From: Candidatus Bathyarchaeia archaeon
Lineage (GTDB): Archaea; Thermoproteota; Bathyarchaeia; TCS64
DNA length: 12,597 nt
Direction of reading: 5' to 3'
Assembly: GCA_050014495.1 (NCBI GenBank)
Contig: JBEKDF010000054.1
Coordinates: 1 to 12,597, forward strand
Shown: positions 1 to 7,682 of the stretch, piece after piece
Position numbering within the stretch: position 1 is the first letter of the stretch
Layout: every line of letters starts with the position of its first letter
Made by a program: the position numbers and the translations under genes
Notes under the pieces: generated by a model
What the model saw: only the letters and a program-made list of their open reading frames with translations
Database searches by the model: none
Told to the model about the DNA's origin: nothing

Positions 1-553
1 CGTTAAGTAGGCCGGAGAGTTTTAGCTCACCTGCGCCTACGCGTGCCTCGAGGTTATTCATTATACTTGGGTTGGTTTCCTTGAATGAGATTCGGGTATC
101 GCCAGCGCCGGCTTCTATTAGGAGATCCGTTATCGGTAATTTCCCGAGACTTAGATTTGTTCGTATTACACCTGCGCTAAGTTCCATGGTGAATGGTTTG
201 GCGTCACCGAGCCTAAGGTTCCATTTGTTTGAGAAGTAGTGTGGGTAGGCTAGTGGGTCTCGCGTCTGTTCTATCCTCACTATGTTTCCTGTCGTAGATA
301 CGAATGGTTTCGACTCTGGGATATCATAGTCTATGGTGCCTTCAACAAATTTCCCTGCCCCAGACCCTATTTCCAAGCTGCTGGCTCCAACAACCATCTT
401 CAGTTTAGCTGAATCGCCTTCGGGATAGTTCACTTCGATTTTGTCGACTAGCAATTGTGTGTTAGTATTGTATCCTGGGACTTGTGTCCCGCATCGTGAG
501 CAGAATCTATCATCTTGAGAAAGTTCTTTCCCGCACTTCATGCAGTATGGCAT
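1..553 (-). CDS. Zinc-ribbon + toast-rack (DUF2154/LiaG-like beta-repeat) protein, runs off the left edge
   Basis: Hand-translated from ATG at 553: MPYCMKCGKELSQDDRFCSRCGTQVPG... (two CxxC pairs), then ...LKMVVGASSLEIGSG...FVEGTIDY...KWNLRLGDAKPFTMELSAG...NLSLGKLPITDLLIEAGAGDTRISF...LEARVGAGELKLSGLLN. Open for 184 codons to the edge. TTTATA on the minus strand at 589-594. Confidence 0.85.
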   Translation of the reverse strand, partial: MPYCMKCGKELSQDDRFCSRCGTQVPGYNTNTQLLVDKIEVNYPEGDSAKLKMVVGASSLEIGSGAGKFVEGTIDYDIPESKPFVSTTGNIVRIEQTRDPLAYPHYFSNKWNLRLGDAKPFTMELSAGVIRTNLSLGKLPITDLLIEAGAGDTRISFKETNPSIMNNLEARVGAGELKLSGLLN

Positions 554-588
554 ATGAGTTACACGAATATCTTAGTCAAGTTTGTAGC

Positions 589-594
589 TATAAA
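589..594 (-). promoter_or_regulatory. Putative TATA box of the zinc-ribbon gene
   Basis: TTTATA on the minus strand about 35 nt upstream of ATG 553. Confidence 0.5.
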
Positions 595-698
595 CGTCTG
601 GTGACATCATCGCAGTTAGTGAATCGGTGTGGACACAGATTCTGGTTAAGTACATAATCGGACATAACCCTCAAAAGACAAGCCCACGCTCGGAAATG

Positions 699-706
699 TT
701 AAATAA
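699..706 (+). promoter_or_regulatory. Putative TATA box of the orphan gene (probably leaderless)
   Basis: TTAAATAA preceded by purine-rich GGAAA, ending 22 nt before ATG 729. Confidence 0.55.
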
Positions 707-728
707 ACTATTAATTACTAAAGGAATT

Positions 729-1289
729 ATGAGCCAAGAAAAGAAAGAAGAAACGATTTATGAATCTAATGAAAGTGTTAAAAATTCAATCCCTGAAGAA
801 AAGTCTGAAATAATGAACAAAGGAATCCAATTGGATGTGTCTTATACTAAAGGATTAGAAGGGGCAATTGAACAAATAAGATTATTTGAAGAAAATGCGA
901 AAAAAGTAATGGATATAATAGATGTCGTAAGTTTTTCTTCACATATTGAAAATCTTAAAAAGTTTGAAGAATCAACAATAAGGACAATGGATGTTATGGA
1001 AAATAGTACAAGATTTAATACTATAGACCAAGAAACTTTAAAATATTTGAATGAACTAAAAGATATATATTATGAATTAAATCAAGAGATAGTCGACATA
1101 CCTAATGTATCTGTAGTTAGTCAAGGAGCATTAATAACGGATATAGACTCAAAAATGGAAGGTGCTGTGCAAGCTCAAAACGCATATATCGAATCCTTAG
1201 AGAGGGAATTAATTAAAAAAGAGGAAGAGATAAGACAACTAAAAGCAATTATTGAAGAAAAAAAGAAAAAAGACGATTTTGTTGCCTGA
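729..1289 (+). CDS. Hypothetical AT-rich, E/K-rich coiled-coil protein (186 aa from ATG 729)
   Basis: Long ORF in very AT-rich DNA where stops would be frequent by chance. TATA before ATG 729 and T6 right after the stop. C-terminal heptad-like segment YIESLERELIKKEEEIRQLKAIIEE. No recognisable family motif. Confidence 0.75.
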   Translation: MSQEKKEETIYESNESVKNSIPEEKSEIMNKGIQLDVSYTKGLEGAIEQIRLFEENAKKVMDIIDVVSFSSHIENLKKFEESTIRTMDVMENSTRFNTIDQETLKYLNELKDIYYELNQEIVDIPNVSVVSQGALITDIDSKMEGAVQAQNAYIESLERELIKKEEEIRQLKAIIEEKKKKDDFVA

Positions 1290-1295
1290 TTTTTT
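1290..1295 (+). terminator. Oligo-T terminator candidate
   Basis: TTTTTT immediately after the TGA of the 729-1289 ORF. Confidence 0.45.
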
Positions 1296-1433
1296 CACCA
1301 ATTATCGCACCTACATTATAAACTATGCAGAAAATCCTTTTTTCATGTAGAAGTGTTTCAACACCGTTAGGCAACCAATAATTAATCGTAAGCGTAAGAT
1401 AAATGTGAGGATTAAAAATAGAGATTTACTTAG

Positions 1434-1892
1434 CTAGGCTTTTCTGTCAAAATAAATATTCTTCCCCTTTATTGAGATCGGTATCCCTTCTACATCTTCT
1501 CCCTTGACAAGACCCATCTTCATAGCAGCTAGACCCACACTACGCATTATCCTATTATCCACGTTTAAGTCAGAGGCGACCTTCGCAGCCGATCCCAAGG
1601 CAATGCCTAGGTCTATAAGCTTCGCTTGGAATGGCCACCACTCTTCGCTCGGCTTGCCACACTCAACACCGATAAGCACAACCGCCCCCGAGGCTCGAAC
1701 GTTCCCCGAGTCTCGGCCTCGTCCGAGCTCATCCATGGTCTTGGCGAGTTTCTCCTTGTCATCACCGGTAATAATGCCAGTGTTTATGCTGTCCTCTCCC
1801 CTGGTTTTGGGAGCTGTCCTAGCTGCTGCTATCATCAGTTTCGCGACTGTTAGGAGTGCTTCCTCCTCAGCAGTGGTTGAGTTCATTATCAT
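1434..1892 (-). CDS. DUF2148/COG4739 family protein (nitroreductase-like fold, 'ferredoxin domain-containing'), variant without the Cys cluster
   Basis: Family motifs AARTAPKTRG, RDSGNV, VVLIG, IDLGIALGSA, VDNRIMRSVG and GIPISIKGKNIYFDR. TTTAAA at 1928-1933. Confidence 0.85.
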   Translation of the reverse strand: MIMNSTTAEEEALLTVAKLMIAAARTAPKTRGEDSINTGIITGDDKEKLAKTMDELGRGRDSGNVRASGAVVLIGVECGKPSEEWWPFQAKLIDLGIALGSAAKVASDLNVDNRIMRSVGLAAMKMGLVKGEDVEGIPISIKGKNIYFDRKA

Positions 1893-2079
1893 GTTTGGTT
1901 TCCAGATCTCAGTTCTTTTCGGCCAGATTTAAACGCAGATCGTTTCGCGTATGTTTCCAATTCATCACTTCAGACGGTCAAGATGACGCAGTGAATATGA
2001 GGCAAAACCACGTTCCATTTGTGTCAAGAAAGAGAAATTACCTAGTGAGGTTTGTGTTCTAAGAGATAAAATTAGAGCA

Positions 2080-3627
2080 TTATTGGGTTGGTAATCGTAT
2101 CGTGAATGTGGTGCCTTTACCAACTTCAGACTCGAAATCGATTGAGCCTCCCTGAGCACCAACTGCCCTCCGACAATATGTAAGCCCCAAACCCATGCCT
2201 CCAGTCTTCGTTGTGTATAGCGGAGAGAAGATTCTCGCCTTATACCCCTCAGGTATACCCACCCCCGTGTCGCCAACACTAATGACTATCTTGTCATCAT
2301 TTTTCTTCGCACTAATCGTGAGTTTACCGCCATTTGGCATCGCTTCCACCGCGTTCTTCACAAGGTTGTCGATGACTCTATGCATTATGTCTGGGTCTAA
2401 TTTTACTAAGTCGAGGCTTTTCCCCAGGGAAATCTCAACCTCCACGTTCGATGGAAGCGTTGTTCCCTCGATTATGTTTTTTACTAATGCAATTAGATCG
2501 GTATTTACTGGATTGGGAACTATCTCCCGCGTGCTCGACCGCCAGTCAGCAATCATCTTCAGTGATCTGACTGCATTCTCCTCGATCAGCTGGAGCATCC
2601 TGGGTATGAGGGTTGGGTCCTGTTTTGTCATGTTTACTGCTTGGACTACTTGTCCGAGTGGTCCACGCAAATCGTGGGCGACCGTAGCACCCATTTGCTC
2701 CACTGCCGAGATGACCTCGGCTCTTTGTAGCTCTTCCTGAAGATTTCTCTGCTTCGAAATGTTCCGCGACACAAGGCCTAGGTTAGAGCCTATTAGGAAG
2801 GCTGTGTTAGAGTGCCAGATGTCTGGAGAGACCCAGCTCGCTCCCTCCCAGTGCATTGGTTCACCTGTTCTTAGGACCCTCAACATCGCCTCGTATCTCT
2901 CCGTCTTCTCAATCCCAGGGAAGATCTCAGAATACCTCTTCCCGATGAGATCCTCCTTAGTGGTGCCGGGTGGAGAGCCCATGAGGAATAATTGGAGACC
3001 GACCTTGTTTAGGTCAATTAAGCGAAGTTGAGAATCGAATAATCCAAAACCATCCTCGGTTGAGTCTATGAAGGCACGTAGTCTCTCCTCGCTCTCCTTG
3101 AGCTTCGAAGTTCTATCATCAACCATCCTCTCAAGCTTGTTAGCATATTCCTGAACCTGCTCATTTGATGCTCGTAGCTCCTCTTCAGTATGCTGCAGCT
3201 CCTTTTCAGCCCTCTTCTTTTCTACGGTGTGTCTGATCCTTTTTGCCAGTAGCTTATAGTGGGCTGATGTCGCCTCTTTACGGACATAGTCGTCGATGCC
3301 GGCGGCGAAGGCCGCGGATGCGACCTCCTCGCTCCCCCTCGCCGTGTAGATGATGAAGGGAATCTCACTGGTTTTCCTTACCTCGGTGCAGAGCTGGACA
3401 CCGTTCATCTCAGGCATCTTGTAGTCGGAGACGATGCAGTCGAAGGAATTGTCGCGGAGGAGTTTCAGAGCTTCAGATGCGGATAACGTCGTTGTGATTG
3501 TGAAGGATAGGTCTGAGTCTTCTAAGTTTAGCTTCGCTAACTCCATCTGCGAGGGCTCATCGTCTACAATGAGAACATGGAATGAGTTGGTATTCCTTGG
3601 GGTGGGTTCTTCGGGCAAAGACTTCAC
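2080..3627 (-). CDS. Cytoplasmic receiver-coiled coil-PAS-histidine kinase
   Basis: REC: LIVDDE, DCIVSDYKMPEMNG, IIYTARG, DDYVRK. PAS-like FIDSTEDGFGLFD..LN..EDLIGK. H-box VAHDLRGPL, N-box NLVKNAVEA, G1 DTGVGI, F-box IFSPLYTTK, G2 GMGLGL. GTG start with TTATAA at 3657-3662. No transmembrane segment. Confidence 0.93.
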   Translation of the reverse strand: MKSLPEEPTPRNTNSFHVLIVDDEPSQMELAKLNLEDSDLSFTITTTLSASEALKLLRDNSFDCIVSDYKMPEMNGVQLCTEVRKTSEIPFIIYTARGSEEVASAAFAAGIDDYVRKEATSAHYKLLAKRIRHTVEKKRAEKELQHTEEELRASNEQVQEYANKLERMVDDRTSKLKESEERLRAFIDSTEDGFGLFDSQLRLIDLNKVGLQLFLMGSPPGTTKEDLIGKRYSEIFPGIEKTERYEAMLRVLRTGEPMHWEGASWVSPDIWHSNTAFLIGSNLGLVSRNISKQRNLQEELQRAEVISAVEQMGATVAHDLRGPLGQVVQAVNMTKQDPTLIPRMLQLIEENAVRSLKMIADWRSSTREIVPNPVNTDLIALVKNIIEGTTLPSNVEVEISLGKSLDLVKLDPDIMHRVIDNLVKNAVEAMPNGGKLTISAKKNDDKIVISVGDTGVGIPEGYKARIFSPLYTTKTGGMGLGLTYCRRAVGAQGGSIDFESEVGKGTTFTIRLPTQ

Positions 3628-3775
3628 CGATTTTCATCATTATATTGAATGAGGTCTTATAACAATCTTGACGCGTGCTTAACTTATGTGAACTCTAATC
3701 CAATCCCTAATTGAGTACATAAATACATTATTCGATGTGAATATTTGGCGTCTCTTTTTTTTTTGTTTTTAACGC

Positions 3776-4444
3776 TTAAAAAGCTTTTATGATTCTAATT
3801 TTTTCCAGATAGGTCAATGATTTTGGTGCGTGGAGAAGGTTATTATTCTTATCAAGAAATTCTCGCATGTCTTCTGGGGTGTCGATATCCAAGGCAGTAC
3901 TCACTGATCTGTAAACTCTAACATCAGCGCCGATTGATCTCAACTTAAGTATGTGTCTCTCAAAGCTTCCGACACCGAAGCTCGGCGTAATTAAATCACA
4001 GGGATGTAGAAAAAGCACATTTGTGCCACCATCTTTTGATGGTGCAATCACGGCATTCGGACTTTGGGAAGATGGCGAGATGATCCGTTTGATGTCTTCT
4101 TCTGATAGGATTGGAAGGTCCGCTAAGACTATCAGAGCTGATTCGGCTCCTGTTTTACTACACCACGCTAAGGCTTCTTCTAGATCGCGGTTTAGATCAC
4201 CAGAATCTGATACGAGGGAATCAATGCAAAGTCCCTTTGCGAACCTGATAACTTTCTCGTCGGGTGTAACGATCAGGATCCTTAGCGCAAGTTCGGAGGC
4301 TTGAATTGTTTTAACTACATCCTCGAGCATGAGGAGGGTGAGTGTTTCACGCTCCTCGGTATCTAAAATGTTAGAGAGCCGGGATTTTGAATCATGGAGT
4401 CTCTTAACAGGAAGTAAAGCGTAGACTTTGTCTGGTCCTACCAA
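3776..4444 (-). CDS. cofC: 2-phospho-L-lactate/PEP guanylyltransferase (F420 biosynthesis)
   Basis: LLPVK..SKSRLS, ADLP, DGGTN, SFG.GSF.RH and LDIDTPED motifs. Starts 3 nt downstream of cofD. Confidence 0.93.
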   Translation of the reverse strand: MVGPDKVYALLPVKRLHDSKSRLSNILDTEERETLTLLMLEDVVKTIQASELALRILIVTPDEKVIRFAKGLCIDSLVSDSGDLNRDLEEALAWCSKTGAESALIVLADLPILSEEDIKRIISPSSQSPNAVIAPSKDGGTNVLFLHPCDLITPSFGVGSFERHILKLRSIGADVRVYRSVSTALDIDTPEDMREFLDKNNNLLHAPKSLTYLEKIRIIKAF

Positions 4445-4447
4445 GTT

Positions 4448-5383
4448 CTACACCAATTCTAATGATCTGAGGGTCGTCTCTGCGAGCCGAATCTTATCCT
4501 CTAAGGAAGTCATAATTGTGTTCGTAACTAAGATATTTATTCCCAATTCCTTGACCGCCTCAATGTACTTCTGGTCCCTATTGTCTATCACAAATGAGTC
4601 AAGGAAGTCTTGGTAAAGCATCGCTATAGTGTAAGCGGATACTTCTAGTCCCAGACCTAACATGATCTTGTCGGCTGGGCCCTTAACTGGTGCCCCTCCC
4701 ACAATCGGGCTGACTGCAGTAATCTTCGCCTCGGTTTCTCTTAGAGCATCACGGACTCCAGGTACACTAAGTATGGTGCCTATGCTAACTATTGGATTAC
4801 TCGGACACACGATGATGTGGTCCGCCTCTCTTATTGAGTCAATTACTCCCGGTGCTGGCTTCGAGCTCTCTGCACCAACGTACTTCACATCATTAACTGG
4901 ATCGGAGGATCCCCTGTGTACAAGGTACTCTTCGAAGTGGATGAGTCCATTAGGTGTGGCTATGTATGTAGCAAAGGGGTCGTCGGTCATCGGGATCAGC
5001 TTCGCTTCAATCCCTAGGGACTTTACGTGCATCGCAGTTATCTCGGATAACCTGTAGCCTTCAGCGAGATGCTTTGTTCTGCTTATGTGGGTTGCTAGGT
5101 CGGCATCGCCTATGTTGAACCATTTTTCGAGTCCGAGTTTGCCTAGGGCCTCGAGGCAGTGGAACGAGTCGTTGTTTATACCCCAGCCTGTTTGCTCGTT
5201 CACGATGCCTGCGAGTGTGTAGGTGACTATATCGACATCGGGTGAGATTTTTAGCCCATGTAGTTCAAAGTCGTCACCCGTATTGATTATAATCGTAATA
5301 TCCTTCGGTGGGACAACCTTGACGAGGCCTTGTAGGAGCCTCGCGGCTCCCACTCCGCCGGCGAGGCAGGTTATTTTAGGCAT
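4448..5383 (-). CDS. cofD: 2-phospho-L-lactate transferase (F420 biosynthesis)
   Basis: LAGGVGAARL, NTGDD, ISPDVD, WG, WFNIGDADLATH, PMTDD, HFEEY, PSNPIVSIG and VSPIVGGAPVKGPADK motifs. Confidence 0.96.
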   Translation of the reverse strand: MPKITCLAGGVGAARLLQGLVKVVPPKDITIIINTGDDFELHGLKISPDVDIVTYTLAGIVNEQTGWGINNDSFHCLEALGKLGLEKWFNIGDADLATHISRTKHLAEGYRLSEITAMHVKSLGIEAKLIPMTDDPFATYIATPNGLIHFEEYLVHRGSSDPVNDVKYVGAESSKPAPGVIDSIREADHIIVCPSNPIVSIGTILSVPGVRDALRETEAKITAVSPIVGGAPVKGPADKIMLGLGLEVSAYTIAMLYQDFLDSFVIDNRDQKYIEAVKELGINILVTNTIMTSLEDKIRLAETTLRSLELV

Positions 5384-5544
5384 CGCCTATTTTGTAGCTG
5401 ATGCGTATTTGAGGCATCTGGTAGAGTATTCATGACCTCCATCATGTGATTCTGACTCGTCAAGGCTTATTGTGATAAATTAACGTCATAGGCTTTATTG
5501 GACCCCTCATTGTATTTGGGAGAAGGTCGTAGACGGGATTATCA

Positions 5545-6594
5545 ATGAGGCTAAAGGGAGTTTGCTACGATGTTGGGCGAGTAATGGGGATCGACTGGCG
5601 CCCAAGCTTTGATCCAAAGGTCGTGAATATGGAACTTGGGATCATCAAGGACGATTTGCATTGTAACGCTGTAAGAATCTGCGGTTTAGACATTAACCGC
5701 CTTATGACGACGGCTGAAGATGCTTTGGAGCAAGGGTTGGAGGTATGGCTCTCACCTGAGAGATGGAATAAAAGCGAACAGGAAACTATAGAATACATCA
5801 CAAAAGCTGCGACAGCTACGGAGACCCTACGCCAACGATTACCGGATAAACCCCTGATATTCAGTGTTGGATCCGAGTCGACACTCTTTATGAAGGGCAT
5901 TTTGGAAGGTGGAAACATATCTGAGCGGATGGGTAACCCGAAAAATAGGTCAAGCGTTAAATCCGGAGAGCACAATAAGCCACTAAATGCGTTTCTGGCA
6001 AGGGCAAGTGAGTCCGTTAGAAAGGTCTTCCAAGGCCAAATAACATACGCATCTCTACCCTGGGAGACGGTTGACTGGAGCCTCTTTGACTTCGTGGGTG
6101 TCGACCACTATCAAATCGAAAAAACAAGGGATAATTACGTGGAGCTCCTAAAACCACTCTTCACATCCAACAAACCCGTCGTCATATCCGAATTCGGGTT
6201 CCGCACTTATCGAGGAGCCGAGGGCACCTCGGAAGGAATGGATGAGGATATAGTAGACAACAGATCCCTATTCCTGCACCAAGTATCGTTCTTAGGCCGA
6301 TTTGTCCAGCCGAGACTGAGGGGTGATTTCGTTCGTGATGAGGGTCTGCAAGCGCGTGAACTCGTTGACCAGCTCATTACCCTTGACAGCGCGGGTGTTG
6401 AGGGTGCATTCGTTATGACGTTTGTCAGCCCCATCTTCCCATTTGACGAAGATCCCCGACATGATCTCGACATGGCAAGCTACAGCTTGGTGAAGACCCT
6501 CTCCAACAAGATGCATGGGGAAACTTACCCCGATATGACGTGGGAGCCAAAGGAGTCGTTTAGAGCCTTAGCTGACTATTATGGTAAGCATTAG
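5545..6594 (+). CDS. Clan GH-A-like TIM-barrel protein (family often labelled 'abortive infection protein' in Actinobacteria)
   Basis: KGVCYDVG, DLHCNAVRI, GLEVWLSP, SVGSE (acid/base position), TYAS..WE.VDWS.FDFVGVDHY, KPVVISEFG (nucleophile position), LDMASYSLVK and WEPKESF. Confidence 0.8.
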   Translation: MRLKGVCYDVGRVMGIDWRPSFDPKVVNMELGIIKDDLHCNAVRICGLDINRLMTTAEDALEQGLEVWLSPERWNKSEQETIEYITKAATATETLRQRLPDKPLIFSVGSESTLFMKGILEGGNISERMGNPKNRSSVKSGEHNKPLNAFLARASESVRKVFQGQITYASLPWETVDWSLFDFVGVDHYQIEKTRDNYVELLKPLFTSNKPVVISEFGFRTYRGAEGTSEGMDEDIVDNRSLFLHQVSFLGRFVQPRLRGDFVRDEGLQARELVDQLITLDSAGVEGAFVMTFVSPIFPFDEDPRHDLDMASYSLVKTLSNKMHGETYPDMTWEPKESFRALADYYGKH

Positions 6595-6643
6595 GAAATT
6601 ATAAGGATAGACTTCGTGCACATAACAGAAATGACTGAGTCAA

Positions 6644-6655
6644 CACGCGCACGTA
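6644..6655 (+). repeat. Intergenic GC-rich 12-mer, copy CACGCGCACGTA
   Basis: Near-identical copies on the minus strand at 7656-7667, 8562-8573 and 10768-10779. Confidence 0.55.
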
Positions 6656-6713
6656 CAATCATAAAATCTATGATCGTCGAAGTTGAGGTTTTATTTTAAG
6701 GGAAGAGAAGGTC

Positions 6714-7505
6714 TTATGCCTCGAGTCTGAATTTTGAGTCATCCATAGTGAAGTGTTCCCCGCCAGCGACAAACACTTCAATGCTTACGAAGCCCTCAAG
6801 CCCACTATCCCTTATCTTCGTAGCCAAAAGGTTGTCCACCTGAAAAATCCCTGCAGGGTTCGACATCTCGATCTTCACCTTGATTGGTTTCTCCACGCCT
6901 CCCTCGATACTAACTCTTTCTATTGATAAAGCAGATACGGAGTGAATGTTGATTCTACCCGCCTCATATGGGATGCGTGCCCTCCCCCTCTCCATATCCA
7001 AAGCATCTGCGACTTTCACAACACCTGCCTCGAGAGTCAGTGGTTTTACTGAAGCCTGATGACTGACCACCGCATGCAGGACCTCACTTGAAATGATCGT
7101 GGCTTCTTCGGGGCCGTAGATCAGTGGCAGGCACCTCTTCATGACATCTCTGGCCATCCCGACGCTGAGGACCTCGTGTCCCTCACGGGTTATGGACATC
7201 CCAAGGTCATGAGTCACGGAGGCAAGTAGGACAACAACCTCTGCGTCGTCGGAACCCATTCCATAGTTCACCTTTATGCTTGGTTCGATCTTCCTGTCAG
7301 TGAGTAGCCTCAGCAACTTGATGGCTCTGTTAGCCACAAGTTTCACGTGGGTGGGCCCATGGTCGCTGTAGCCCATGCGATCAATCGCGAGAACGTTGGC
7401 GCATCTCCAAAGAGTATGTAGTTCTACGTCGGAGTCTATGAATTCCAGCATCGTCCTTAGCTTCTTATTCTCTTTTATTGGGATGTTTAGAGTGTTCTTC
7501 AGCAC
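6714..7505 (-). CDS. HD-domain metal-dependent phosphohydrolase (COG3294-like)
   Basis: SDHGPTH, HDLG, HAVVSH, ADALDMERGRARIP and IHSVSA motifs. GTG start with TAATTAAA at 7535-7542 on the minus strand. Confidence 0.9.
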   Translation of the reverse strand: MLKNTLNIPIKENKKLRTMLEFIDSDVELHTLWRCANVLAIDRMGYSDHGPTHVKLVANRAIKLLRLLTDRKIEPSIKVNYGMGSDDAEVVVLLASVTHDLGMSITREGHEVLSVGMARDVMKRCLPLIYGPEEATIISSEVLHAVVSHQASVKPLTLEAGVVKVADALDMERGRARIPYEAGRINIHSVSALSIERVSIEGGVEKPIKVKIEMSNPAGIFQVDNLLATKIRDSGLEGFVSIEVFVAGGEHFTMDDSKFRLEA

Positions 7506-7655
7506 TCGATGTTCGCCTTAATCGAATTAGGGCGTTTAATTATTTCAACAATTCTGGGTGGATCATCTCGATGAAGCTGTACTAGTATATCGTGCGTGCA
7601 CGCCGAGTTGCCTTAAAGAATTGGTTCTCCTATTGACAAAAAAACGTATTCAGGC

Positions 7656-7667
7656 TACGAGCGCGTG
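7656..7667 (-). repeat. Intergenic GC-rich 12-mer, copy CACGCGCTCGTA
   Basis: 11/12 identical to 6644-6655; 15 nt after the uppP stop. Confidence 0.55.
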
Positions 7668-7682
7668 ATTTATAAAACTCGA

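Noticed and set aside
627..728. GTG start at 627 given by the ORF track
   Set aside because: The extension covers a TATA box and intergenic motifs; ATG 729 fits promoter spacing and the compositional shift better.
1504..6516. Opposite-strand or overlapping ORFs (1504, 1626, 1856, 1965, 2195, 2759, 3434, 3951, 4428, 4662, 5223, 5565, 6207, 6292)
   Set aside because: Shadow frames of well-supported genes, with no family motifs.
6632..6642. TGACTGAGTCA palindrome as right arm of a full dif site after 6615-6625
   Set aside because: Spacing is 6 nt, but the sequence does not resemble TTATG..., so a complete dif site cannot be claimed.
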